64,000 nt of DNA from positions 20,340,038 to 20,404,037 of the forward strand of contig NC_069003.1 of the NCBI RefSeq assembly GCF_001194135.2. The letters are read 5' to 3'. The notes under the pieces were generated by a model. It worked only from the letters and a program-made list of their open reading frames with translations. It was not told the DNA's origin and did not search any database. The DNA is from Octopus bimaculoides. Taxonomy: Eukaryota. A program made the translations under genes and the position numbers. Shown here piece by piece: positions 27,733-40,217 of the stretch (positions are counted from its first letter, which is position 1; every line of letters begins with the position of its first letter).

Positions 27733-27771
<39 letters not shown>

Positions 27772-28037
27772 GCATGTGTCACATGTTTGGTGTACATCAA
27801 CAGCATCATTTTTATCATCTTCACCATACAACTACCAAATGCTCTATTAACTTTAGCTTCTTATGCTATCCCTCTCTCTCTTTCTCTGTATCTTTCTTTC
27901 ACCCTCTCCCCCTACTCTCTGTATGGTGTAAAACATGACAGCTAACCAACCAACCACCATTTATATCAGCTATTATTATATAGTCTCAGAGTATAACAAC
28001 ATTATTTTTCTGTTTTCTTTTTTCTTCTTTTCTCCAG

Positions 28038-28128
28038 GTGTTTGTCCCTAAAATAGTTGTCATGTATTTAATTGGTGTCGGTGCTGTCTTCTTCTATTTG
28101 TCTCAGGTACCAGAAAGATTAGCTCCAG
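28038..28128 (+). CDS. PAQR3: PAQR3-like coding exon (91 nt, phase 0->1)
   Basis: cttttctccag|GTG TTT...CCA G|gtaaga; VFVPKIVVMYLIGVGAVFFYLSQVPERLAPG with the conserved PER..PG motif. Confidence 0.95.
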
Positions 28129-28199
28129 GTAAGAGTCTTATGCAAGTAATCTATATTTTTGTCTTCCTTGCCTTTAACTGTTTTTTTTTTTTTTTCATA

Positions 28200-28480
28200 T
28201 GAGCGAGATTGTTGCCAGTGCCCCTGGACTGGCTCTTGTGCGGGTGGCACATAAAAGACACCATTTCGAGCGTGGCCGTTTTCGTGCGGGTGACACGTAA
28301 AAGCACCCACTACACTCTCTGAGTGGTTGGCGTTAGGAAGGGCATCCAGCTGTAGAAACTCTGCCAAATTAGATTGGAGCCTGGTGTTGCCATCTGGTTT
28401 CACCAGTCCTCAATCAAATCGTCCAACCCATGCTAGCATGGAAAGCAGACATTAAACGATGATGATGATGATGATGATGA
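28200..28480 (+). mobile_element. RTE 3' tail copy about 70 nt downstream of a PAQR3 donor
   Basis: Same 3' UTR and (GAT)n tail as 1-228. Confidence 0.88.
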
Positions 28481-28973
28481 TTTCTCATCTATTTCATAAA
28501 TGGACAACAAGCTTTTTGTCATTTATCATTCATCACTTACCATTCAATGTCACAGCTGTGATGGATGTAGGATTGGAAACATCATTAGTCAAATGTGTTG
28601 AGTCTAGGGGTACAATGTACTATGCTGCTTTATACTCTGAGCTCAAATCTTACTCAGGTGAATTTTATCTCTCATCCTTCTGGGTTGCATAAAATAAAGT
28701 ACTAGCTAAGTCCTGGGGTCAGTGGTTTTAACTATTGCCCTCCCACCAAATCTTAATCATCATAATAATAAAAATAATGGTTTCAAGGCCAGAAATTTTG
28801 AGCGCGGTGTAAATTGACCCCAGTGCTCAACTTGTACTTAGTTTATTGATCCTAAAAGGATGAAAGGCAAAGGCAGCCTTGGAGGAATTTGGACTCAGAA
28901 TGTAAAGCGGGACAAAATGTCTCTAAGCATTTTGCCCAGCATGCTAATGACTCTGTCAGCTTGCCACTTAATG

Positions 28974-29008
<35 letters not shown>

Positions 29009-29270
29009 TATTATTATTATTATTATTATTATTAATATTATTAATATTATTATTATTAGAAACATTGCTGATTGGCAGAATTGTTAGAGCATTGGCCAAT
29101 GCAGTACTTGGTCCAGTTCTTTGTTTTGAGTTCAAATCCTGCCAAGGTCAACTTTGCCTTTCATCCTTTCAAGGCTGGTAAAATAAAGTAACAGTTTAAA
29201 TATGAGGCCCAATGACATCAACTAAGCCACCTCCCCTCAAAATTGTTGGTCATGTTTCAAAATTAGGAAC

Positions 29271-29302
<32 letters not shown>

Positions 29303-29460
29303 CGAGTTCAGATTCCACCGAGGTTGACCTTGCTTTTCATCCTTTCGGGGGTTGATGAAATAAGTACCAGTGGAACACTGGGGTCTAGCACCCTTCCCTA
29401 AAATTTCAGGCCTTGTGACTATAGTAGAAGGGATTTATTATTATTATTATTATTATTATT

Positions 29461-30269
29461 AGAGAGATGACTGTGCTGGTATGGTCATGTGGTGAGAATG
29501 GATGAGGATAGCTGTGTGAAGAAGTGTCACACCCTAGCAGTTGAGGGAACCTGAGGTAGACCCAGGAAGACCTGGGATGAGGTGGTGAAGCACATTAGGC
29601 CTCGAACATTAGGCCTCACCGAGATAATGACTACTGACCTTTGGAAATATGCTGTGCTTGAGAAGACCCGGCAAGCCAAGTGATACCATAACCCATGGCC
29701 TATGCCAGTGGGTGTAACCAGCCTACTTATGCATACCTTTCCATCATTGGACACTAAACACTGCTTGCGAAGACCTGTTGAGGCAAGTGAAATCGAAATC
29801 AAATTCGATGACAGCACCGCATGACTGGCAGCCATGCTAGTGGACTGCTAAAAGCACCATCTGAGCATGATTGTTGCCAGGGCCGCTGACTGACTCCCAT
29901 GCTGGTCACATGTAAAAAGCACTATTTGAGCGTGATCGTTACCAGTGTCACCTTACTGGCACTCGTGCTGATGGCATGTGAAAAACAACATTCGAGCGAG
30001 GTCGTTGCCAGTGCCGCTCGACTGGCTCCTGTGCAGATGGCACGTAAAAAACATCATTTGAGCGTGGTCGTTGCCAGTACCGCCTGACTGGCCCTTGTGC
30101 CAGTGGCATGTAAAAGCATCCACTACACTCTCGGAGTGGTTGGTGTTAGGAAGGGCATCCAGCTGTAGTAACTCTGCCAGATCAGACTGGAGTCTAGTGC
30201 AGCCATCTGGCTCGCCAGTCTTCAGTCAAAATGTCCAACCTATGCCAGCACGGAAAGCGGACGTTAAAC

Positions 30270-30298
<29 letters not shown>
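29461..30298 (+). mobile_element. RTE LINE 3' end
   Basis: WYGHVVRMDEDSCVKKCHTLAVEG remnant, repeated 3' UTR units, (GAT)n tail. Confidence 0.9.
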
Positions 30299-30300
<2 letters not shown>

Positions 30301-30311
30301 ATTATTATTAT

Positions 30312-31010
30312 TTAAGACGTCACACAGTATCCAGTATCATGATGTTGTTGATTGAAGATATTGTGTCTACCGGGGGTTTGTATTGTCTGTCAAGTCACAA
30401 CAAGGACCTCAGACAGACAGTACTTTATGCAATATGTGTGCAGTTCCAAGTAATGCTGACTTTTGCAAAACACCTAGATTGTTGGGTATTTCTAAAGTTT
30501 TCAGATGTTTTTTCAGATTGGGTGGTATTGAACCCAATGCTCTGATGACAATAGGGATAACCTTTATGTTTGACTCTCGTAGCTGCCACATCTTGGTGAA
30601 TTCAGTTCTCAGGTCTCCATATTTATCAATTTTTTCTCTTTCTTTCATTATGAAATGTTGATCTCCTAGCATTGACACGTCAATTATTTGGCACTCTTGT
30701 TTGTCCCTCCTAAAGGTTACTATATCTGTCCTTTGGTGCTCTAACACCTTGTCTGTCTGGTAGTCAAAGTCCCAGAGGATTTTTGCCTTCCCCTTTTCAT
30801 CCATTACCTTTTCCGGTGTATGTTGGTACCAAGTACCATTACCCCAAATCCATACTCCCGACATAGTAGCCAGTGAAAGTTTTGGGCTACGTTGTTGTGC
30901 CTGCGGTTGTACTCTTTCTGTGCAAGACTTTCACAAGCACTAACAATGTGAGTCATGCTTTCAACCCTCTTCCCATACATTCTGCAGATTCGTTGCACTT
31001 GTGTGGGATA

Positions 31011-31011
<1 letters not shown>
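30312..31011 (-). mobile_element. Dong/R4-type RLE non-LTR retrotransposon 3' fragment embedded in (TAA)n
   Basis: Zinc knuckle CRM.G...ESMTHIVSAC..LAQKEYNRRHNNVA, then KILWDFDYQTDKVLEHQRTDIV...IIDVS...EKIDKY...VIPIVIRALG...QKSALLGTAHIL; ATT repeats on both sides. Confidence 0.9.
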
Positions 31012-31058
<47 letters not shown>

Positions 31059-31059
<1 letters not shown>

Positions 31060-31631
31060 GAGTGAGAGAGCAGTGCATGCCATTATACCCATCATGACTA
31101 CCCGTCTGATACGGGTACACCAGGCACATGCATCACAACCATATGTGCACGACATGGTGATCTCATATCAAGATAAACAACGCATGACCTCGCAGGTGGG
31201 GCCTAGTTAGAATTTTCATCAGGTTGAGTAGCCCATTCCGCTCAAAAGGTCCCTGAATAAAGTTTGTTTAAGGATGTTGAGCAAAACACCCATGGTTCCA
31301 AAGGTGAATTATTCAAACCNNNNNNNNNNATGTTGAGCAAAACACCCATGGTTCCAAAGGTGAATTATTCAAACCCCAAAGAATTCCTCTCAACACATGG
31401 CTATGATGCTCCCCCACTACTTGTTCTCGTGATCATAGATGCACATATCGTCTGCCACCAAGGGACATGCTCAACTGGTTAAGGTCAAACAACTGACTAG
31501 CAAATCTGTGGTATTGAGCAGAATATTTGCTGTAGCCCATCTTTTATACCAAGACAAAACAATGTACATGATAGCACTTCCAGTCAGTTAAGATCAGAAG
31601 GCATGAGAGCCACTGCCTGGTACTGCATCCG

Positions 31632-31634
<3 letters not shown>
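31059..31634. mobile_element. Non-coding interspersed repeat flanked by (ATT)n (second copy at 43164-43678)
   Basis: gagtgagagagcagtgcatgccat...gagagccactgcctggtactgcatc is shared by both copies. Confidence 0.75.
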
Positions 31635-31686
<52 letters not shown>

Positions 31687-32211
31687 GTCAGTGAGCTGGC
31701 AGAATCATTAACATGTCAGACAAAATGCTTAGTGGCATTTTGCCTTTATGTTCTGAGTTCAAATACTGCTAAGGTTGGCTTTGCCTTTCATCCTTTCAGG
31801 GCTGATAAAACAAGTACCAGTTGAACACTGGGGTGAATGTAATTGACTTGACCTCTTGCATGCAATTGCTGGTCTTGTGCCAAAATTTGAAACCATAATA
31901 TTATTCTTTTAACTCAGGTTTTGTTGGAACTCCTGGAGACTTGCATGCATAGCAGGCTTGCTGCCAGCATCTTACAGTTCCATACTTAGCAGCATTTCAT
32001 CTGTCTTTAAGTTCAAGTTCTGCTGAGATCGACTTTGCCTTTCATTTTTCCAGGGTTGATAAAATAAGTATCACTTAAACCCTAGGGTCAATGTAATCGA
32101 CTTACTCCCTCCCCAGAAATTACCGGCCTTGTGTCAAAATTTGAAACCATTATTATTATCATTATTATTATTATGATTATTATTATTATCTCTTTTTTCT
32201 CTCCCATTTAG

Positions 32212-32351
32212 GAATTTTTGACATCGTCGGAGCCAGTCACCAAATTTGGCACATCTTTATCTTCTCATCTCTTGTGTGGTGGCGCAAATCTTACATGGAA
32301 CTCTTAGACTATCGCCTGCAGTACCCTTGTGTCCACAAAGCATCCACATAA
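32212..32351 (+). CDS. PAQR3: PAQR3-like terminal coding exon (140 nt to TAA)
   Basis: ctcccatttag|GA ATT TTT...ACA TAA; (G)IFDIVGASHQIWHIFIFSSLVWWRKSYMELLDYRLQYPCVHKAST* with the HxxxH zinc-binding motif (HQIWH); phase matches the preceding exon. Confidence 0.95.
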
Positions 32352-32469
32352 CATCCAACAGATCTTTTTAGGTTTTACAAAACAAATTATTTTGGAAATT
32401 CCATTTCTTAATTAGCATCTCTAATTAGATTTTCGTGTCTTTCAAATCTCACCTCCTCCCACCACAATT

Positions 32470-32687
32470 TTATAACCTCCTCCTGTCACAATTTTACCTC
32501 CTCCTCTTCTTCTTCTTCTTCTTCTTCTTCTTCTTCTTCTTCTTCTTCTTCTTCTTCTTCTTCTTCCTTTTCTTCTGCTTCCTCTTCTTCTTCTTCTTCT
32601 TCTTCTTCTTCTTCTTCCTTTTCTTCTGCTTCCNNNNNNNNNNTACCTCCTCCTCTTCTTCTTCTTCTTCTTCTTCTTCTTCTTCTT

Positions 32688-32718
<31 letters not shown>

Positions 32719-32740
32719 TGATGAGGATGATGATGATGAT
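32470..32740 (+). repeat. (CCT)n/(CTT)n/(GAT)n microsatellite just 3' of the PAQR3 stop
   Basis: Directly visible; spans a 10-N gap. Confidence 0.9.
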
Positions 32741-32985
32741 GACAGAATTAGATGATTGGGCGCAGCTGTTTGGATGTTGGTGATTCAGCATGGCTGGCTG
32801 GACATTGAACCCCGTTTTGGTGACTACTTTTTTGGGACTGGAGGGAAACACATATACACACATGCACAGAGAGAGATTACACATGCATAACTAGATGCTC
32901 ACATACAGAAACAGCAAGACAAAGAGAGAATGAGAGAGAAAAAGAGAGAGAGAGAGGGGTAGAAGAGAGAATGAGAACAAAAAAC

Positions 32986-32991
32986 ATTAAA
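32986..32991 (+). promoter_or_regulatory. Possible ATTAAA polyadenylation signal for PAQR3
   Basis: First AATAAA/ATTAAA hexamer noticed after the stop codon; no transcript evidence. Confidence 0.2.
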
Positions 32992-33339
32992 ACTTCTGAT
33001 GTCAAACAAATCTGCATTGAATCAGTGACATCAACTAAGTAGCACCGAAACAGCTGTATCAAAATGTCTCGTATCCTCTTCAGATTCTTCTTTCTTCTTC
33101 TTCCTCTTTCTGTCCTCTTCCTCTCCCAGAATTCCATTGCCCCCTTTCTCCCAGGCCAACACAACTGTCATTCTTACGATAAGAGTTATTACAAAGACTA
33201 AAAATGACAGCTTTTGATATTCTAGTCCATTATTATTTTTTTTTTGTGATGAAAATTGATTTATTTCCCTTTTTAAACAAACAATACCATTTTGCAACAA
33301 CGAATGTTGAACTAGTAATATTGTTGGATATGCAAGTGC

Positions 33340-33366
33340 ATATATATGTGTATGTGTGTGTGCGTG

Positions 33367-33408
<42 letters not shown>

Positions 33409-33454
33409 TGTGTGTGTGTGTGTATGTATGAATATATATATGTATGTATGTATG

Positions 33455-33497
<43 letters not shown>

Positions 33498-34000
33498 ATA
33501 TATATATGTGTGTGTGTGTGTGTATTTATGTATGAATGTATGTATATATATATACGTCTGTCTGTCTGTATGCCTGTATACATATACATATACATATATA
33601 TATGTATGTATGTACGCATGTATGTATGTACCCCCACACACAGACATATGTACATGGATATACATGTGAAAACACATAAATTTGTATATAAATATTCTAT
33701 ATATAAGCCTGTACAAATTGATAATTATATACGCTTATAAATAGATACTTATATAAATATATACGTATGTATATGTATGTTTATATAAGTACCATGATTA
33801 CATATATATATATGTATATTTGTGTATATGTATGTTTGTATTTATATAAGTACCATATATTACATATGTATATATATACATATGTGTGTGTGTGTGTGTG
33901 TGTGAGAATGCAAGCTTGTAAATATATTTATATGCATGTATATTCACATATATGTATATGTACACCTGCTCATGCACATACACACACACACACACACATC
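33340..34000. repeat. Compound (TA)/(TG)/(TATG) microsatellite field
   Basis: Directly visible; similar fields at 1940-2160, 4890-5210, 41000-41870, 54150-54470 and 55150-55400. Confidence 0.9.
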
Positions 34001-35022
34001 TCAAAGGCTTTTTCAGTGTTAACACTTTGTTTTCATAACTAGAAAAAGCCTTGATACATTGATTTATGAGTCAAGAAAGAAGAGGGCCTCTACACGGCTA
34101 CTGAATCTGATCTGCTAGAAACAGCAGTCAGATTTCACTCAAATCACACCTTGCCATCTTTGAAAAACGAAAGAAAAGGAAAAAATGGATCAATGCATTG
34201 GATAATGTAGTCTGTGATACATGGAAAAACAAAAGATGGGATGGTCGTGGCTGGAATCCCTTTGATCACAGGTCTGCCTAATCAAAGCTGATTTGTGCTT
34301 AAACAACAATAACAGTGACATGGATTCCTTTTATCAAAAAATGTGTTTAGAATGGAGATTTCTTTACTTGAGATTGTGATTGATTTTAAAAAAAGGTAAA
34401 AAAAAAGAAGAAAAAGAAAAAAGATATTGTTGCATCTTGGTAAAGTCATTTTGACTGTTAAGAGCACATGCACTATTACTATTTACACATTTGAAGGCAG
34501 CAAACTGGCAGAATTGTTAGCACACCAGGTGTAATACTTAGCAACATTTTGTCTGTCTTTATGTTTTGAGTTCAAATTCTGCCGAGGTTGACTTTGCCAT
34601 TCATCGTTTTGGGGGTTGATAAAATAAGTACCAGTTGAACACTGGGTCGATGTAATCGACTTACCCCTTCACCTGAAATTGCTAGCCTTGTGCCAAAGTT
34701 TGAAACCAGTATTTACCCATTTATTTAAAAAAAAGAAGTTTATTGTTGGTTAATGGCATGAAATTTTCATTGTCGTTCATCTGTTGACCAAAACCCTGAT
34801 CACTCTGTTGCACTTTCTGTTTAAATTTTATATTCCTAGTCTGTTGTTCTTGTATACAGAAAAGCCTCAACAAAGCATTCTGGAATTTAGAGTTTAAGAT
34901 TCTGGGACCAATTATTAATTTTACCCTTCTGTGTCTTTGTTTTAATATTCCGCAGTATTTTTTGGGGGTTGGTCAGTTCTCTGATTCTCTTGTGCCTATA
35001 GCTATTAATCCCACCCCATACA

Positions 35023-35070
<48 letters not shown>

Positions 35071-35102
35071 TGTATGTATGTAATGTATGTATATTTTGTA
35101 TT

Positions 35103-35410
35103 GGTGAAGGTGCATGGCTTAGTGGTTAGGGTATTCGGCTCATAGTATTCAGGTCATGAGTTTGATTCCCAGCTGTGCGTTGTATCCTTGAGCAAGGCAC
35201 TTTACTCCACGTTGCTCCAGTCCGTTCAGCTGGCAAAAATGAGTGGTACCTGTATTTGAAAGAGCCAGCATTGTCACATTGTGTGTCATGCTAAATCTTC
35301 CTGAGATCTATGTTTAACACGTGTCTGTGGAACGCTCAGCCACTTGCATGTTAATTTCACAAGCAGGCTGTTCTGTTGATCAGACCAACAGGAACCCGAT
35401 GGAATGCCAG
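35103..35410 (+). mobile_element. tRNA-derived SINE family D
   Basis: tggcttagtggttagg A box, gagtttgattcc B box, tccttgagcaaggcacttt central motif. Confidence 0.75.
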
Positions 35411-35476
35411 TTATGTATTGTACTTATGTAATGGATGTTATCTATGTAATACATGTATGCATATATGTAATTTATA

Positions 35477-35638
35477 CAGGTAGGAGTGGCTGTGTGGTAA
35501 GTAGTTTGCTTACCAACCACATGGTCCCGGGTTCAGTCCCACTGCGTGGCATCTTGGGCAAGTGTCTTCTACTATAGCCTCGGGCCGACCAAAGCCTTGT
35601 GAGTGGATTTGGTAGACGGAAACTGAAAGAAGCCTGTC

Positions 35639-35710
<72 letters not shown>

Positions 35711-35926
35711 ATGTGTTTGTATGTCTGTGTTTGTCCCCCCCAACATCGCTTGACAACCGATGCTGGTGTGTTTATGTCCCCGTAACTTAGCGGTTCGGCA
35801 AAAGAGACCGATAGAATAAGTACTAGGCTTCCAAAGAATAAGTCCTGGGGTCGATTTGCTCGACTAAAGGCGGTGCTCCAACATGGCCGCAGTCAAAAGA
35901 CTGAAACAAGTAAAAGAGTAAAAGAG
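35477..35926 (+). mobile_element. tRNA-derived SINE family A (CORE-like), near complete
   Basis: A box tggctgtgtggt, B box ggttcagtcc, cttgggcaagtgtctt central motif, internal (TA)n, (gtaaaaga)n tail. Partial copies: 8239-8488+, 14471-14626-, 24434-24596+, 52097-52348 plus 53991-54137 (one - copy split by the PLE), 59408-59575+, 61070-61225-. Confidence 0.88.
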
Positions 35927-37063
35927 TATATATGTAAGTATAAATGTTATGTAATGTATGTATATATATATGATATGTAACATATGCTGTGTGATATAAA
36001 AAAAAAAGAAAACTGATGTAACCAACTGATAGGATACATGGTAACCAAGCAAAGTGTGTCAGAGGTTTATGTTGTATCCCTTTTTGGGCCCCATGTGGCA
36101 GACTCTTGCTCCTGAAATAGCTCAGTCCATTCCACTGAGCTGATAATAGACCCCCACCACAGGATAGGAACAGCTTGTAACTGCAGGCAGCAGCAGGTAG
36201 GCAGACAGGCAGCACTGAATTCAAGTCCTCCAACCTGTGGCCCTGCAGAGACTCCCCCGCTTCCCACCCTCTGCCCCAACCCTCTAATATACAACCTCAA
36301 ACCAAAGTCTTTCTGTGTCTTGCCATTTCGAAGCAAATTCTCAAGTTGTGAATATTGACTGTGACTGNNNNNNNNNNNNNNNNNNNNNNNNNNNNNNNNN
36401 NNNNNNNNNNNNNNNNNNNNNNNNNNNNNNNNNNNNNNNNNNNNNNNNNNNNNNNNNNNNNNNNNNNNNNNNNNNNNNNNNNNNNNNNNNNNNNNNNNNN
36501 NNNNNNNNNNNNNNNNNNNNNNNNNNNNNNNNNNNNNNNNNNNNNNNNNNNNNNNNNNNNNNNNNNNNNNNNNNNNNNNNNNNNNNNNNNNNNNNNNNNN
36601 NNNNNNNNNNNNNNNNNNNNNNNNNNNNNNNNNNNNNNNNNNNNNNNNNNNNNNNNNNNNNNNNNNNNNNNNNNNNNNNNNNNNNNNNNNNNNNNNNNNN
36701 NNNNNNNNNNNNNNNNNNNNNNNNNNNNNNNNNNNNNNNNNNNNNNNNNNNNNNNNNNNNNNNNNNNNNNNNNNNNNNNNNNNNNNNNNNNNNNNNNNNN
36801 NNNNNNNNNNNNNNNNNNNNNNNNNNNNNNNNNNNNNNNNNNNNNNNNNNNNNNNNNNNNNNNNNNNNNNNNNNNNNNNNNNNNNNNNNNNNNNNNNNNN
36901 NNNNNNNNNNNNNNNNNNNNNNNNNNNNNNNNNNNNNNNNNNNNNNNNNNNNNNNNNNNNNNNNNNNNNNNNNNNNNNNNNNNNNNNNNNNNNNNNNNNN
37001 NNNNNNNNNNNNNNNNNNNNNNNNNNNNNNNNNNNNNNNNNNNNNNNNNNNNNNNNNNNNNNN

Positions 37064-37120
<57 letters not shown>

Positions 37121-37957
37121 ACACACACATACATGTGTGTATTCATGTGTGTGTTTATATATATATATCTGTGTATGTGTGTGCATGTTATAAATGTATA
37201 TATATGATATATAGGTATAAATATGTATGCTATATTTCATTTGTGTATAAATTCCCATGATGCATTGGAAATATTTGGTGCTGAACAAAACATTCACTAA
37301 ATTCTTGATATTTTCTCAGTTCATGATTTATTTTAAATGTATTCTGTTGTTATGCTAGTCAAATACTGGGGTCAATATAACTGACTTAGCCCCTCACACC
37401 AAATCTGCTAGTCTCATGCCAAAATTTGAAACCATTAGTATTATTATTATTTATTATTAAGGTGGTGAGCTGGCAGAATTGTTAGCATGCCGGGCAAAAT
37501 GCTTAGCAGCATTTCGTCCATCCTTAAATTCTGAGTTTAAATTCCACCAGGGTCAACTTTGCTTTTCATCCTTTCAGGGTTAATAAATTAAACACCAGTA
37601 AAACACTGGGGTCTGTGTAATCAACTAGTCTTCTCCCCTGAAATTTCAAGCCTTGTGCCTTTAGGAGAAAAAATTATTATTGTTACTATTATTATTATTA
37701 TTTTATGTTTGACTTTTGTTTTGCATTTGTACAAGTTGGATCCAAGTCTCACCCAGAGACCTCAAGAGACAACAAGTTAGAAGTTCATGTAGGTGTTATG
37801 CCTAGGGTACCATATATTTGGATTTGTACAGTTTTGTTCTAGTGAATGTTTAAGAAACCATGAGAAAATTATGTGTTTGTTTTAAAATTTGAGATCACAT
37901 AGACAATATTTTACGTAGGATATGGGCAGTTCCCATGAGCACTATCTTTTGAACATT

Positions 37958-37998
<41 letters not shown>

Positions 37999-40217
37999 CA
38001 TTATTATTATTATTATAACACTTAGCATACTGGAAGAAATGCTCGGCAGCATTTCATCTGTCTTTATGTTCTGAGTTCAAATTTGCCAAGGCTGACTTTG
38101 CTTTTCACCCTTTCAGGTGTTGATAAAATAAGTTCCAGTTGAGTATTGGGGTCAATGTAATCAACTTACCCCACTACACAAAATTTTAGGCTTTGTGCCT
38201 ATAATAGGGAGAATTATTATTATTATTAATATTAAGTAATTTCATCAAAGACAGTGAGATGATAGAGACTTGTTACTCTCTTTTCTGAATTCAAACTTCC
38301 CTGAGATTCCACTAGAATAAATACCAGTTATATACTGGGGTTTATTTTATTGACTTTTTCTAGTGTTTTTGTGTCCAGTTTAACCTCACCTCCAAAATGA
38401 AAAAACAAAGTGGGGGATGAAAAATCCCCATTGTTATTATTTATTATGAAATCATTATAGACTCAAAAGATTCGTGCTGAGTTTACAATGAAATCAAGTC
38501 CCAATTTTCCGTTTTATTCATATCAAACCCTTTAACAATACATGAGAAAGACTTGAGTGTTACACCATCCCATTTCTTAGCTTCCATTTAAAAAACTGGT
38601 TTCAATTTCACTTTATTGGGGGTTTTTTTTTTGTTGTATCTGTACCTCAAACTCTTTACAACACTTAAGAAAAGCATGAGTATCACAACTTCCTATTTGA
38701 CACTTCCATTATAAATTAAAAACTTAAAAACTTTGATCACCATGTAAGAAAATGGTCCTTTGTTTTCAGTCTGTTTGTGACAAGAACTTGGAACAGAGAC
38801 CCAGCTCTTGAAGGGCTAAGTTTCCTGTGATCCCTGTTTGTTTTTGTTTATAAGTCAACCCCTGTGTATGACCCTATCACTTCTTTCACTTACACAGTAT
38901 AATGGTTTTGAAAAAAAAAAATACAAAAAAAAGAAGAAAACACCCCAAAACCACCAACACCACCATCACCACAAATAACAATAACAACCAAAGCACAAAC
39001 TTTACAATATGTTTCTCATGATAATCATCATCATTGTTTACACATCCACTTTTCCATGTTTACCTGCGTTGGATGGAATCTGTTGAGGCAGACTTCCTAT
39101 GACCAGATGCCCTTCCTATCATCAACCCTCACCTGTTTCCAAGCAAGCCTAATAAAGATATTTCCTCATGGCCAGACATGGGAGATTAAACACAAAGAAC
39201 ATCATTTGATTGACAGTGACACTCACATGATGTCAAGACAAGCATGCATAAATGCACACACATGCACATGCATATACACATCTGTATGTATATACATACA
39301 TTATATATNNNNNNNNNNNNNNNNNNNNNNNNNNNNNNNNNNNNNNNNNNNNNNNNNNNNNNNNNNNNNNNNNNNNNNNNNNNNNNNNNNNNNNNNNNNN
39401 NNNNNNNNNNNNNNNNNNNNNNNNNNNNNNNNNNNNNNNNNNNNNNNNNNNNNNNNNNNNNNNNNNNNNNNNNNNNNNNNNNNNNNNNNNNNNNNNNNNN
39501 NNNNNNNNNNNNNNNNNNNNNNNNNNNNNNNNNNNNNNNNNNNNNNNNNNNNNNNNNNNNNNNNNNNNNNNNNNNNNNNNNNNNNNNNNNNNNNNNNNNN
39601 NNNNNNNNNNNNNNNNNNNNNNNNNNNNNNNNNNNNNNNNNNNNNNNNNNNNNNNNNNNNNNNNNNNNNNNNNNNNNNNNNNNNNNNNNNNNNNNNNNNN
39701 NNNNNNNNNNNNNNNNNNNNNNNNNNNNNNNNNNNNNNNNNNNNNNNNNNNNNNNNNNNNNNNNNNNNNNNNNNNNNNNNNNNNNNNNNNNNNNNNNNNN
39801 NNNNNNNNNNNNNNNNNNNNNNNNNNNNNNNNNNNNNNNNNNNNNNNNNNNNNNNNNNNNNNNNNNNNNNNNNNNNNNNNNNNNNNNNNNNNNNNNNNNN
39901 NNNNNNNNNNNNNNNNNNNNNNNNNNNNNNNNNNNNNNNNNNNNNNNNNNNNNNNNNNNNNNNNNNNNNNNNNNNNNNNNNNNNNNNNNNNNNNNNNNNN
40001 NNNNNNNNNNNNNNNNNNNNNNNNNNNNNNNNNNNNNNNNNNNNNNNNNNNNNNNNNNNNNNNNNNNNNNNNNNNNNNNNNNNNNNNNNNNNNNNNNNNN
40101 NNNNNNNNNNNNNNNNNNNNNNNNNNNNNNNNNNGAGAGAAGTGTTAGGGCTGGACGGTATCCTAATTCAAAGGAGCAGTGTGGATTTCTTTAGCATGGG
40201 CTAATCACATATTCAGG

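Noticed and set aside
31274-31375. Apparent 46-bp tandem duplication
   Set aside because: Identical sequence on both sides of a 10-N gap (31320-31329) is a contig-overlap artefact; the same probably applies at 32634-32643
32486-32884. Poly-E/poly-R ORF on the minus strand
   Set aside because: Derived from the (CTT)n tract and spans a gap
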